From Octopus sinensis (Eukaryota), in contig NC_043000.1 in assembly GCF_006345805.1 (NCBI RefSeq), forward strand, positions 85,932,001 through 85,996,000: a DNA stretch of 64,000 nt. The letters are read 5' to 3'. The position numbers and the translations under genes are program-made. Of the stretch, positions 51,680-63,999 are shown piece after piece. Within the stretch, counting starts at the first letter, position 1. Every line of letters begins with the position of its first letter. The notes under the pieces are model-generated. The model had not been told where the DNA came from. It was given only the letters and a program-made list of their open reading frames with translations, and searched no databases.

Positions 51680-52535
51680 TCCCATCGTAACTGTGAGGAA
51701 TTAGTAGGGAGCTTGGCTTTGGTCATTCAACTATTCATTGGCACCTGCATGCCATCAGAAAAGTCAGCAAATTGGGTCAATGGGTTTCTCATAAATTCCT
51801 GAGTCTAATCGCATGCAGAGAGTGAATGTGTGCTCTTCTTTGTTGTCACGTCTCACAAATGAACCTTTTTTGGACTGAAAAGTGACTGGTCATAAGAAAT
51901 GGGTTCCCTATAAAAATGTCAAACACTAAAGACAGTGGGTAGGGAAAGGAGAAACACTGGCACCCCAGGCTAAAGAAGGTCTTCATCCACATAAAGTGTT
52001 GTTGTTTGTTTCTGGGATATGAAAAGTTTAGTCCACTATGAACTTTTAAACTCAAACCAAATGATAACAAAGGAGATCTACTGTCAGTAGCTTGAACGGA
52101 TTAAGTCAGTGCTAGAAGAAAAACGACTATCTTTGGTTTCAAGACGAAAGGTGTTTTTCCATTGGGATAATGCTCGACCACATGCAGTGAGGATGACAGT
52201 CCAAAAGCTGAAGCAGTTGGAATGGGAATTGATGTCCCACCCACCATATTTGCCTGACATTGCCCCGTCTGATTATCATTTATTCCGCAGTCTTCAAAAT
52301 CATTTGGTCAGAAAAAATATGAATTCTGTAGATGAGGTCAGATCAGTACTGGAGGAGTATTTTTCATCACAGACAAGTGAATTTTGGAAGAGGAGCCTTG
52401 CAAGTCTACCAGATAGATGGAAGAGTATTTTAGAAAATGGAGAGTATATTTTAGATTAAAAAAGAACTTTGTTTATCTTAATTTTGAAAAAATAAAGTAG
52501 TATAAAAAAATCATATTATTTATGGGTTTACCCAA
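51680..52535 (+). mobile_element. Mariner family 1, 3' part (catalytic domain plus right TIR), pseudogenised
   Basis: FHWDNARPH...HPPYLPDIAPSDYHLFRSLQN; TIR ATTATTTATGGGTTTACCCAA|TA complements the TIR at 42039; 51680-52138 duplicates 42452-42918. Confidence 0.92.
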
Positions 52536-52543
52536 TATATATA

Positions 52544-52576
<33 letters not shown>

Positions 52577-52685
52577 CTTATATAAATATATCTACACACA
52601 GTAAATATATACAGGGGTAATCATATATAAACATACTTCAACATATGTATCAGTGTGCAAATATACATATGCAAAGATATATATA

Positions 52686-52720
<35 letters not shown>

Positions 52721-52807
52721 GATAGATAGATAGATAGATATGTATGTGTGTGTGTGTGTGTGTGTGTGCGTGTGTGTGTGTGTGTATGTATATATTTATG
52801 TATGTGT

Positions 52808-52838
<31 letters not shown>

Positions 52839-53052
52839 TATATACACATACATACACATTCATATAAATGCATACACAAAGACTGTGAACAACAGACTGC
52901 AGCTCCTCCACTCAGGGGGCACTGGCATTGGCCATGTCTAGATAGAGCTTTTTATGTGCCACCAGCACAGGAGCCAGTCAGGCAGACCTGGCATCAACCA
53001 TGTTTGGATGGTGCTATTTATGTGCCACCAGCATGGGAGCCAGTCAGGGGGT

Positions 53053-53300
53053 ACTAGTTTTGATCACGTTCGGATCGACCATATTCAGATCGACCTATTC
53101 TTATAAAAATGATAATTCTGTCCAAATTGGTGTGCTAAACTCAAATTGTCGCTTCTGCAAAGTTTTAAAATTTACTCCACAAATGTTTTGTCGTCAATGC
53201 TACACTTTCTTGTATCACCTGTTTCAATATACCTGTAATATATATATACACACAAACCATGCCATTTTAATCCTGAGCAATGCCAGGTATCTCTGCTAGC
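53053..53300 (+). mobile_element. Short Helitron-like non-autonomous element
   Basis: Begins ACTAG; ends CCTGAGCAATGCCAGG (decayed hairpin) then TATCTCTGCTAG. Confidence 0.45.
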
Positions 53301-53519
53301 ATATTATATGAGAGTTAAAAAACTGTAAAATACTTTCTGCAGAGTAATTAGATATGAAAACAGAAGCCTGTAAACAATGGAGAATAAGTACCAAATTTTG
53401 TCCAATTTTGTGTTCTCTCTCTCTCTCACATACACACACACACACACACACATATTTATATATATATTTATACATATATACATATATATACATACACATA
53501 CATATATGTATATATGCTC

Positions 53520-53829
53520 ATTTCAAGTGTTGGGCCTCACGGAGGCAATGACTGAGACCTTTGGCATTATGTTGTGCCTGAGAAGATCCATCAAGCTAAG
53601 CAAAATTGCAGTTATGGCAGATACTGGTGTCATGCAAATTGCACCCATGCCACTGGCTTGTAAAAGGACCCTTTACACTCTCAGAGTGGTTGGCATTAGG
53701 AAGGGCATCCAGCAATAGAAACCATGCCAAATCAGACTGGAGTCTGGTGCAGCTCTCCAACTTACCAGCCCTGGTCAAACTATCCAACTCATGCCAGCAT
53801 GGACAACAGACATTAAATGATGATGATGT
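53520..53829 (+). mobile_element. RTE LINE 3' end with (GAT)n tail
   Basis: VLGLTEAMT C-terminal peptide plus family 3' UTR. Confidence 0.85.
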
Positions 53830-53834
53830 ATATA

Positions 53835-55095
53835 TTGGGTTGGCAACTAAGTTCCCATCGCTTTTTAAAAATTTTGGAATCTATTTTTTTTTTGAGAATT
53901 CTATTTTTGAATCATTTTGGAATCTATTTTGTTTTTCTTCTAATTAATTTTAGTTAATTTTTGTTTATTTTCAGATCATTAAAATGGAATGTCAAGTTAA
54001 GAAAAATGAGCATTTTCAACATCTCCTTCTTTTTGCTTTTAATCAAGGTTCTAAGGCCACAAAAGTTGCTTGCAACATTTGTGGTGTGTATGGGGAGGAT
54101 GCCATAGCTGAAATAACCACTTGTGATTGGTACGCAAAGTTCAAAAATGGAAATTTTGACCTCAAAGACACACCTCATTCTGGCTATCCAGTTGAGTTTG
54201 ATGAAGAGTGATTAAACCAACTTTTGCATGAAAATTCTCTTCAAACAGCATGGGAACTGGCAGAGAAAATGGAATGCACCCACACTGATATGGAGAAGCA
54301 TCTTCACTCAATGGGAAAAGTTCAGACGTATGGCGCATGCTTTAAGTGACAACAACAAAAATCAACAAGCCACAATCTCTGCTGGTTTGCTTGCTCGCCA
54401 CTGCTCAACTCATGGATACAAGCAATGATTTCTTTACCAAATCATTACTGGCGATGAAAAATGGTGCCTGTACATCAATATGAAGCAATATAAGAAATGG
54501 CTTAGCTCTGGTAAACAAGCAATACCGTGCGTGAAACAAGATCTTCATCCATGTAAAACAATGTTGTGCATATGGTGGGACTGGGAAGGGATTATCCATT
54601 ATGAATTGCTTGAACGGAACCAAACGGTCAATGCAGAACTCTATGTTTAACAGATGGAACGTCTCAACATGGCTATTCAAGTGAAAAGACCTAATCGTCA
54701 GCATGGAGTTCTTCTGCTGCACGACAACGCCCGCTCTCATATCGCCAATATGACCAAGGAAGCCATTCAAACAATTGGCTGGGAAGTGTTGCCACACCCA
54801 CCATACTTTCCTGATTTGGCACCAATGGATTTCTACCTCTTTCGATCTCTTTCAAATGCTATGTGTGGAGTTTCGTTCAATACTGGTGCAGAATTGAGAG
54901 CTTGGTTGGATCAATTTTTCGAGTTAAAATCGAGTGATTTCTACCAACGAGGTATTGAAAATCTTGTTGAATGTTGGGAAGAAGTTGTAAACAACAAGGG
55001 TCAATACTTTATTGATTAATTAATTATTAATTTTTATTAAACCTTTAAAAAAATTTAAATAAAAAAAAATGGTAGGAACTTAGTTGCCAACCCAA
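53835..55095 (+). mobile_element. Full-length mariner family 2 (1261 bp), mellifera-like TIRs, decayed DD34D transposase (53984-55019)
   Basis: TA|TTGGGTTGGCAACTAAGTTCC...GGAACTTAGTTGCCAACCCAA|TA; ITGDEKW, HDNARSH, HPPYFPDLAPMDF; in-frame stops and a frameshift. Confidence 0.96.
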
Positions 55096-55107
55096 TATAT
55101 AGGTATA

Positions 55108-55151
<44 letters not shown>

Positions 55152-55849
55152 GACACACACACATATATACATATGCACATGTACATATACATACACACAC
55201 GCACACACACACACACACACATACATGTACATATATGTATATAATATTAAATATGTTATAGAAATTATGGGCTATTTACGGAGTGCTCATAGAGAGCCAA
55301 TGCAAAAAAATACAGAGTAGAGGAAATTGAAAATGCAAATCGTAGGTAGTCAAACAGATTCCCGAATACATAAATGAAAATATTCAATCAATGTAATTGA
55401 ATCATATATATTTATACACATCAACATAAATCATGCAAATACAGGCGTAAAGATTCTCTAAGGGTATAAAGAATAAAACCAAACATACATAACAATATAG
55501 AAGAAATATAAAAATATACAAATACTTATAAAATTACATATAAATAAAGATTACATGTAAAGAGTTATGTGAGATAAATAGAGGAAGTGCAAAACGAATG
55601 AGAGGTTGATAAATATAGGAATAAAAATGTCAACTGTTAAAATGGCAAACTGCCTAAATCGTCGAAAAATTCCTTATACTTCTAGGATATAATATAGAAA
55701 AGATGTCATGGTTAAGAAAAATAAATAAAATAGGATCTGAAAATAGGAGGGTGTTCCATCTACAGCCATTTTATACATATATGTACATATATGCATACAC
55801 ACAAACACACATATGTGCCTTGTAGCATTACTGTTAGTATGCATGCATC

Positions 55850-56450
55850 ATACAATCTTCCCTACATCTGGAGAGAGAAAGACCTTTAGTTGCCAACAAC
55901 GGTAAAAGCTCTCTGAATTTCCTCTGTCTTATTCTTATTCTAGTGATTACACTTTCTTAAAATCCTCCTGCTCTGCTAATTAGGTCCCCTAGGTAGCAGA
56001 AATTATCCACTACCTCCAAAAAGCCTCTGGGGCATTTGAAAAAAATCAATTTCCCAAGTATCTGTAGTTTTTATGGTTCCTGTGCATCTTCCATGTACAA
56101 ACACCACCTTTTCTGATAACCTTCCTATTATTCCACTGCACATCTAGTGTGTCCATAGCTTGCACTGGGTACACTGAATAGAATTTCTACCTACACTTTT
56201 CCTACATATCAAGCAGGGTCATTTATCTGATGGTGGAAGTGTCCTGTCCATTTTCTTGCTTAGTGTTTGTTAAGTCAACCTTAAGTCCCTTTAATTCCAG
56301 GTTTTGTTTTCACACGAAGAACTTCTTTTCTTGTTCTGTTAGAGAATATGCTATGACAGCAAGGTCATCAGCACATAGCAGGGGCAGCCGGTCTTGAATT
56401 CCTCTGTTATGGCCTGGAGGATGATGATGAATAGGAGGGGACTGAGAACT
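55850..56450 (-). mobile_element. Decayed RTE LINE reverse-transcriptase fragment
   Basis: Minus strand reads LSPLLFIIILQAITEEFKTGC..LCADDLAVIA; same family as 9860-12015. Confidence 0.75.
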
Positions 56451-56639
56451 GTACTTTCATGTATGCCCTCCTGTACATTATATACATGCACATACATATA
56501 TATTTACATCTCCGTCTGTTTGTCTATCTATCTTCCTATCAATCTACCTATCTATACAAACGTCTTCTTTCAGCTTCCATTTCCAAAATCTTAAATATAT
56601 GTTAATTTATGTGAAAGAAACAGGAAATACATTCCTTAC

Positions 56640-56663
56640 TGTGGTTCCATTTGGTTTGTTGAC
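56640..56663 (-). CDS. Candidate 24-nt microexon (VNKPNGTT), phase 0 to 0
   Basis: gctgac branch-like site, atcag acceptor, gtaagg donor; no polypyrimidine tract. Confidence 0.22.
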
Positions 56664-56989
56664 CTGATATGTCAGCAAGTTTAAACCCGCTGATGTGTAT
56701 GGTTAGCCAACCAAACATAAAGTACAAAAAGTACTTTTCCTCTAGCTTTCTTGAGTCAAGTATACCAATATGTCTTATTTGGAGGCCAATATGCAATGTC
56801 CACACTAATGAATATTTGGGATAGAAAGCCAATCCCTTAACCATTATTATGGCAAAATTTAGTATTTTATGATGTAAATTTAATTTTTTCTATAAAATAG
56901 TTATTTTAAATAGAAATAAACATGAAGAAGAAAAGCTTGCAAAATTAACAATTCTATTATTAACGAGAATTTTTTTTACTTATTGAGTC

Positions 56990-57160
56990 TGGAGGAGGAC
57001 CAGAACCCATAATAATCCTCACACACCCTCTGAGACAGGATGAAGTGTTCTGTTTAAACTGTTACAGGTCAAAACTTGCAGGAAAGGCATGAGAGGGAAG
57101 GAGATCCCAAAGAGACAATGTTTGGGGGAAGAAGAATCGAGAATAGTAGTTGGTCTAAGA
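56990..57160 (-). mobile_element. Possible LINE (Jockey/CR1-like) 3' end remnant
   Basis: Minus strand resembles the FFP.T..LW..LP...FP LINE C-terminus; heavily decayed. Confidence 0.3.
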
Positions 57161-58555
57161 AAAAGGGATTATATGTACAACCAAAACACAAAATTTAACA
57201 TCTCATATGTAACAAACAAGATGGATTGTAGCTTGTCTTTTTCTCTTTTGTTAGATTGCTGGTAAAACAATAATTAATCTTGTTTTACTTTCTCCAGTTT
57301 CCTCTCTTTGTTGGTTTATTAAGTGTCCAGACTCTAATGTAGAGTTTAAGACAATCCAAATAAAAGAATATTTTAGATTAGACATTTTTGGTTCAGACAT
57401 TAATAACATGTCATCATTTTTTTGTTTGTCATCAATAACATTGTCTTCATGTCCTATCACCATTAATATTCCTGTTATATCTAACACTCTTTTTGATTAC
57501 CATGGGAACATCTGTAAGGAGGATTAGATGGCTAAAATATATTTTTATGAAATTTTGACCTTTTGTTATCTTGTTGGCAGAATTCAAATTTTCTGTTTTG
57601 ATCTAACTCTCTCAACAGAAGCCATTTTGTTTTTTCCTTTAACTTTATCTATCATCTCAAGGAGCTTTAAGCCAGCATAAGATCCACTTAAATTACTTGG
57701 CTCAATCATTATCATCATGTCATCATCATCATCGGCGTTGCCGCCGCCACCGCAACCACCACCACCACCACCACCATCATCTCATTCTTAGATTCATTGG
57801 TTGCATGAAATGTCTGATATCAAGTCACTTTTACATCCACTTGTATTTGACTTATCGCTCTAGTTTATGTTGTACATCCAAAACAAGACAGATTATAATT
57901 TTTTTTCTTTTTTTAGATTGCTGGTAAAACAACAATTAGTCTTGTTTTATTTTCTCCATTATTCTTCTATTTCAACATAAAAGACAGTTCAGTGTCTTTT
58001 ATGTATTTATTATTGTCATTCTCTGTCAATGCTTGAATAACAAATTATCATGTTTACCTGCTCATGTCCATCTTTCTGATGGCCATATTAGCAGTAATCA
58101 AATGATTACTTCTATGCCAATCTCAATACATATAACCTTTGTAAATTACTGGACCTGTGTAGGTCAAATAAGTCTCACTGTCTACACTCACTGTAAACAG
58201 CCAATATTTCTGTCCTCCTCTCACACTCTCTCTTATTCTTTCTCTCTCTTATTTTACCTCTCACTCTCTCTCCTATTCTGTCCCCAACTCTTTCTTCCCC
58301 CCCCCTACCATCTATATCTATAATGTGTATCTGCCAAATTTGTATTCCATTGTTTTATGTATTTCTCTTCAACTTGTTGCAGTTTCCCTTCCACATCTTA
58401 TTTCTCATTTTCCTATGAATTTACTATAAACAATAAGCTGTGTTTCTGAAACTCTTGGTGAAAACAGCTCAGTTTACAATTAAACTGATGCAAACCACAG
58501 AGGGCCTAAGGCAACACCTTGTCTTAGTGTCATGATTAATAAACCAGATCAAGTT

Positions 58556-59070
58556 TCTGCAGGGTTAATACAAGTTCCCAGCTGCAATACTGAGGCTAAC
58601 ACAGGCCTCCAGTTGCAATAAAAAGACCTTCATCTGTAATATTAACCCAAGTCTCTGTCTGCAAGACTTGTATTAATACAGACTTTCTGTTACAATACTG
58701 GTGTTAACACAAGCCTCCAGTTGCAATACTGGGACTAATACAGGCTGCCATCTGCAATACTGAGTTGAACACAGGCCTCCAGTTGCAATAATGGGGCTAA
58801 CACAGGTCTCCAGTTGCAATACTGGGACTAACATAGGCTGCCATCTGCAATACTGAGTTGAACACAGGCCTCCAGTTGCAATACTGGGTTTAACATGAGC
58901 TGCCATCTGCAATACTAGGGCTAGCACATGCCTCAAGCTGAAATAGTAGTGCTAATACAAGTCCTCAGCTGCAATCCTGTGGCTAATATAGACCCTCAGC
59001 TGCTATATAAGGGCTAGCACAGGCCTCCATCAGCAATACTAAGCTTAATACAGACATCAAGCTGCAATCC
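58556..59070. repeat. 30-bp minisatellite (CAGGCCTCCAGTTGCAATACTGGGGCTAACA-like), about 16 units
   Basis: TGCAATACTG recurs every 30 bp, with alternating CCAGTTGC and CCATCTGC variants. Confidence 0.92.
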
Positions 59071-59311
59071 TTCCAGATTTTTCTACTCATTTATTCTCAG
59101 TTGTCATTAGACTATAGCCATATTGGGGCTCTACCTTCAAGAGTTTTTGTCAATTATTCTGACTTCAGTACTTCGTTTGGTGCTTATTTTATTGCTCTTG
59201 AAAACAGAAAAGGCAGAACTGACCTGGGTAGGATTTAAATTCAGTGCATAAAGGCATGCAGTTAAATGCCTCTGATATTTTAGCAATAAAGAAATAATTT
59301 TATCACTATAC

Positions 59312-59403
59312 CTGTCTGGTCTCTTTCAGTTTATTATTTCCTGGTGTTAAAGTCAAATCATTTCTTGACAATTCTTTTTCATTTTTTGTAGTTTTATGTG
59401 TAA
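59312..59403 (-). CDS. Putative coding exon (ITHKTTKNEKELSRNDLTLTPGNNKLKETRQ), phase 1 to 0
   Basis: Strong acceptor tttctttttcctttcag, CAG|gtatag donor, 92 nt open in the phase left by the 63402 donor. Confidence 0.62.
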
Positions 59404-59564
59404 CTGAAAGGAAAAAGAAACAATAATGAATGAGGAGTTGTATTTTGGTTTGTTCATAATATAATGATGAAGTTAAAAATGGTTGATGTAATAAATGTGT
59501 AAGCTAAGATATCTAAAAGACTAAAATACTAAAAGTTTAAGACTAAGGTGACTATGGCTCAGCC

Positions 59565-60021
59565 CAGGGATCAACATTTCTTATATCATAGATCCCTTCA
59601 TGGAATCATTGATAAGTTATTGACTCGCATCAAATAAATTTAAAAAAAATAAAATTAATACGTATAATTAATAAAATGTTCTTGATTTATAGGCAATAAT
59701 TTCTTCATTCTTTGTGTCATTACTGCTTTTTAATAAGAAATATTAAAAGAAATCTAATGATAATACTTAACAATATTGATAAAGAATAATAAAAATTCAG
59801 TCATATTAAATGAGAAATATATATCTGGTGAATACTAGTTATTGTATTGATATATGGTTGGAAATGAGCAAATCTTAGCTTTAAATCACTATGCTCTTCA
59901 AGATTCAGTTTGTTAATATAATTCAGCACCCTTAATGCCCAGAATCATTCCCAGTGTTTATCAATCCCTTGAATAGCCACATAGATCCCAGGGGTCAATA
60001 TTACCACTCTGCTGATCACTG
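59565..60021. mobile_element. Possible hAT-type MITE remnant
   Basis: Imperfect short TIRs CAGGGATCAACA / TGCTGATCACTG; CATAGATCCC near both ends; TSD not clear. Confidence 0.35.
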
Positions 60022-60400
60022 GTTTAAGCCTTATGAAATGTAAAATTTATACTTTTCCAAATGCAAGCATTACAAAAGCCTGTTTGTATATCTATTTATA
60101 TATTTTCTACTAGTTTCAGCTTGAGAGCAGCAAGTGCGCAGGGGCACCACTGTTATATGTGTGTGCTTGGTTTTGTAAAACTTCCAGCCTTTTATGTTAA
60201 AAATCAATTTAGCCATCCAATAGAGATTGATAAAATGACTATTAGACTGAAATAAGTTTCTTTAGAGTGGTTCCCCGGCACAGTTGCAAGCCTATGACTG
60301 GAATCAGTAAAAGAATGAAATGAAATTCAAATATTGTGATGTAAGATAGCCTGTGGTAGATTTTAATTCTTACACACACACACACATGCTGATCTATATA

Positions 60401-60454
<54 letters not shown>

Positions 60455-60456
<2 letters not shown>

Positions 60457-60985
60457 CTTTTACTTCTTTCAGTCATTTTGACTGTGGCCATGCTGGAGCA
60501 CCATCTTGAAGGGTTTTTAGTTGAAGCAACCAGCCCCAGGACTTATTCTTTGTAAGACTAGTACTTATGCTATCAGTCACTTTTCAGAACTGCTATGTTA
60601 TGGGGACATAAACACACCAACATCAGTTGTTAAGTGATGGTGGGGGGGACAAACACAAAGTGCACACATAAATACATACATATAATATGTATATGAAGGG
60701 CTTCTTTCAATTAGCGTCTACCAAATTTACTCACAAGGCTTTAGTCAGCCCAAGGCTATAGTAGAAGACACTTGCCCAAGGTGCTAAGCAGTGGACCTGA
60801 ACCCAGAACCATGTGGTTGGGAAGCAAGCTTAGCTGTGTGGTAAGAAACTTGCTTCCCAACCACATACTTCTGGGTTCAGACCCATTGTGTGACACCTTG
60901 GGTAAGTGTCTTCTACTATAGCCTCAGTTTGACCAAAGCCTTGTGAATGGATTTGGTAGTTGGTAACTGAAAGACATCCATTGTA
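60455..60985. mobile_element. Head-to-head fused family A SINEs (-60455-60830, +60831-60985)
   Basis: ATGTGGTTGGGAAGCAAG followed 20 bp later by CTTGCTTCCCAACCACAT. Confidence 0.88.
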
Positions 60986-61352
60986 TATAACATGCCTGCT
61001 AGATAAGTTAAATTTGTCTCAATTTGTCTAAAATCGTAAGACACCTGCTGTTATCCTGTTATTACCATTCTTGTTTTTATTCTTATTTTTGTTTTCGTTT
61101 TTTGTATTTATTCGTGTGGCTTCGTCCGTTTTTCTGTCCTTGTTGCGTTTACATTCGTTCCTTTTTCCAAGAAATCTAATGCTCACAGCTTAGTTTTTCC
61201 TTGGAGCAAATATCAGAATTAATCAGCCGAAATTTGCTATGATGATCCGGTTTCTGACTGAAGATTAAAGGCTTCGAATGACCCGTCTGTTTTCTGTGTT
61301 CGTCCCTTTGTGTATTTTACGTTCTTGTTTCTTTATATATAATTTTTATACG

Positions 61353-61390
<38 letters not shown>

Positions 61391-61499
61391 ATATATATAT
61401 AGAATAATGGTACAACAATGTACCAATGTTTACTGGAATTAGCAGTTGATAATATATGATGCTATAGTAAAGCTTCACTGTATATATATACTGGCATAT

Positions 61500-61732
61500 A
61501 TCTGTGTGTGTTTGTTTTTGAGTCAGTTTTTTTCCCCAAATCATTGCTTGACAATCAGTGTCAGTGTGTTTATGTCCCCATAACTTAGCAGTTCAGCCAA
61601 AGAGACTGATAGAATAAGAACAGGGCTTTAAAAAATTTTGGAGGTTGATTTCTCTGAATAAAACCCTTCAATGTGGTGCTCCAGCATGGCTGCAGTCAAA
61701 TGACTGAAACAAATAAAAGAATAAAAGAAAGA

Positions 61733-61733
<1 letters not shown>
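61500..61733 (+). mobile_element. SINE family A 3' half
   Basis: GTGCTCCAGCATGGCTGCAGTCAAATGACTGAAAC and tail. Confidence 0.85.
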
Positions 61734-61770
<37 letters not shown>

Positions 61771-61779
61771 TAAGAAATC

Positions 61780-61832
61780 GAGTCAAATGCAGGTGTTATT
61801 CAAATCATTTGAATAACACCTGTGTTTGACCC
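61780..61832. repeat. Hairpin adjacent to (TA)n
   Basis: GTCAAATGCAGGTGTTATTCAAAT-C-ATTTGAATAACACCTGTGTTTGAC. Confidence 0.85.
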
Positions 61833-62023
61833 CATTTATTTATTTATCCATGTTATACAAAACCATTTCACTTAACCCAGGAATTTCTACCTTTATAAGT
61901 AGGCTGTAATATCCTTGGTACTTATGTGAATTTTTGCTACCCTGGTAACTATTTATTTATTTTTTCCTTGTTATTTGTACACATTGAAAAATACACATAC
62001 ATTTAAATATATATATATGTATG

Positions 62024-62085
<62 letters not shown>

Positions 62086-63200
62086 GTTGAAATTTACAGA
62101 AAAACAAAAGATGAAGACAGGTGTATAAACAACAAGAATGTGTATTAGTTTGATGCTCGGGATGGTGAGAAAGTTTTTTACATTTCAAGCCTATGCTCTT
62201 AAACAGAAAGAAACACGAGGAAATAAACAGAAAGAGAATAAAAATAAACTTGTGAATTCAGTGGGCAATCAAGGTGATTGGTTAGAAACAGGTAGTTGGA
62301 TAGGAGAGCTAAGAAGAAGGGACGATAATAAAGTACTGGCGATCCCAAAATGAAGGTGTGCATGCTTGTGTATGTGAGAGTGTGTAAGTGTGTGTGCCTG
62401 GATAGGGGCTGGTGACTTTGACATGTGGATGTGTGTGCGTCAGTAATGTGTGGGTGTGTGGATGATGGTGTGGGTACTGGTAAGTGGTTAGTGCTAGTGT
62501 GCAGAGTGGTATGGGGTGGTATGATGTGGTGTGGTGGTGTGGTGTGTGGTGTGGCAGTGTGGGTTTGGGGGTGAAGATTTGGAGGTGTGGGGGTATGGGT
62601 GGATTATGTGGATGAAGGGAGAAGGTGGTAGGAGTGAAGAGAGGAAGTAGGTGTTAGGGCAAGAGAGGAGAGGAGAGGGGCAGGAGTGGAGAGAGAGGAA
62701 GTAAGTGTCAGATGAAGAGAGGAGAGGAGGAGAGTCAGATGAAAAGGGGAAGAGAGTCGAGCTCATGTGGCACAAAGGAGTGAAGAGAGAAGATTAATTC
62801 TTGTTCATGAAGGAGTCTGGATGGCCCCTGAGCAAAGACAATTTGAACACAGACAGGTGTTGTAATGAATGACCAGTAGAGCGGAAATGGCATGAAACTG
62901 GGGTGTCATTGCCAAGTCTAATGTCTTGGAGGTGCCCTGCGAACAAGTCAACCAAGTGGCATCCCATCTGATGTACAGAGAAGGGCAGAAAGAGCAGGAG
63001 ATGCAGGAAATGACATTGCTAGAGGTGCAGGTAAAGGAGTCACATAACAACATATGTGCTTTTCTTTGGACTATTTGCTCCTGTCTCCTTTACCTGTTCT
63101 CTGGACCTTTCCCTTTATCTGGCAAAGAGCCATGCTTGAAATATCATTTCTACTCTTATTTTTCCATCTAAAACTTTCACTGAACATTTATCTAATATAC
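62086..63200 (-). mobile_element. Decayed Penelope-like element, 3' part (GIY-YIG endonuclease plus pseudo-LTR)
   Basis: DSFTCTSSNVISCISCSFCPSLYI...HEQELIFSLHSFVPHELD; terminal sequence also present at 23939-23986 in the opposite orientation. Confidence 0.8.
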
Positions 63201-63401
63201 TTACTATGTCCAACTGACTTTTGTTATTTTTTCCTGTAGTTTTTGTTCATGAATTTGCTTACACACACACATCTTAAAGAAGTCTAATGAAATATTTACA
63301 AGAAAATAACAGGCAATATAAGAACAATTTGAACAAGAAAATTCCATGTTGAATATTGTGTTAACTTTGATATAAAAATAAATAAAACTGAAAATATTTA
63401 C

Positions 63402-63999
63402 TGATATATTCATATTCTGTATCACTGTCTGTTTCATTATCACCAGAGGACTCTTCTTTTCTATTTGGAAACCCTTCATTTTTATCTATTTTCATTTCTC
63501 TTGATGCTTTCATTCTCTCGACATCCTCATAGTCATGTTCAGTAATATAACTGTATGTTTCCTCAGGGGCAGTATTTAGTGAATCTATAGCTGTGTATGC
63601 AGGTTTTTTATCTTGGACACTTCTTATACTAGCATATAGTGGTTCACTTCCAATTTTTGTCCAGTCACTAACATCATGTATTTTTTCATCTTTAATGTCT
63701 AGAACATCATCATATACTTTATTCGTATTATCAGGTGTTATTGTAGGCTGAGTGTTTAAGATATCGTCATATACTTCATTCATATTAGCAGGTGTTACTT
63801 TAGGCTGATTGTTTAAGATATCGTCATATACTTCATTCATATTAGCAGGTGTTACTTTAGGCTGAGTGTTTAAGATATCGTCATATACTTCACTCATATT
63901 AGCAGGTGTTACTTTAGGCTGAGTGTTTAAGATATCGTCATATACTTCATTCATATTAGCAGGTGTTACTTTAGGCTGAGTGTTTAAGACATCATCATA
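63402..63999 (-). CDS. Large coding exon, open at the window edge: disordered Tyr-motif-rich protein with 19-aa tandem repeats
   Basis: About 199 codons open in AT-rich DNA, including ~100 non-repeat codons; ends ATCA|gtaaat donor (phase 1), matching exon 59312-59403. Confidence 0.75.

Noticed and set aside
58673-58936. 87-aa ORF with repeated IATGGLCSTQYCRWQP
   Set aside because: Product of the 30-bp minisatellite; flanking units contain stops and there are no splice sites
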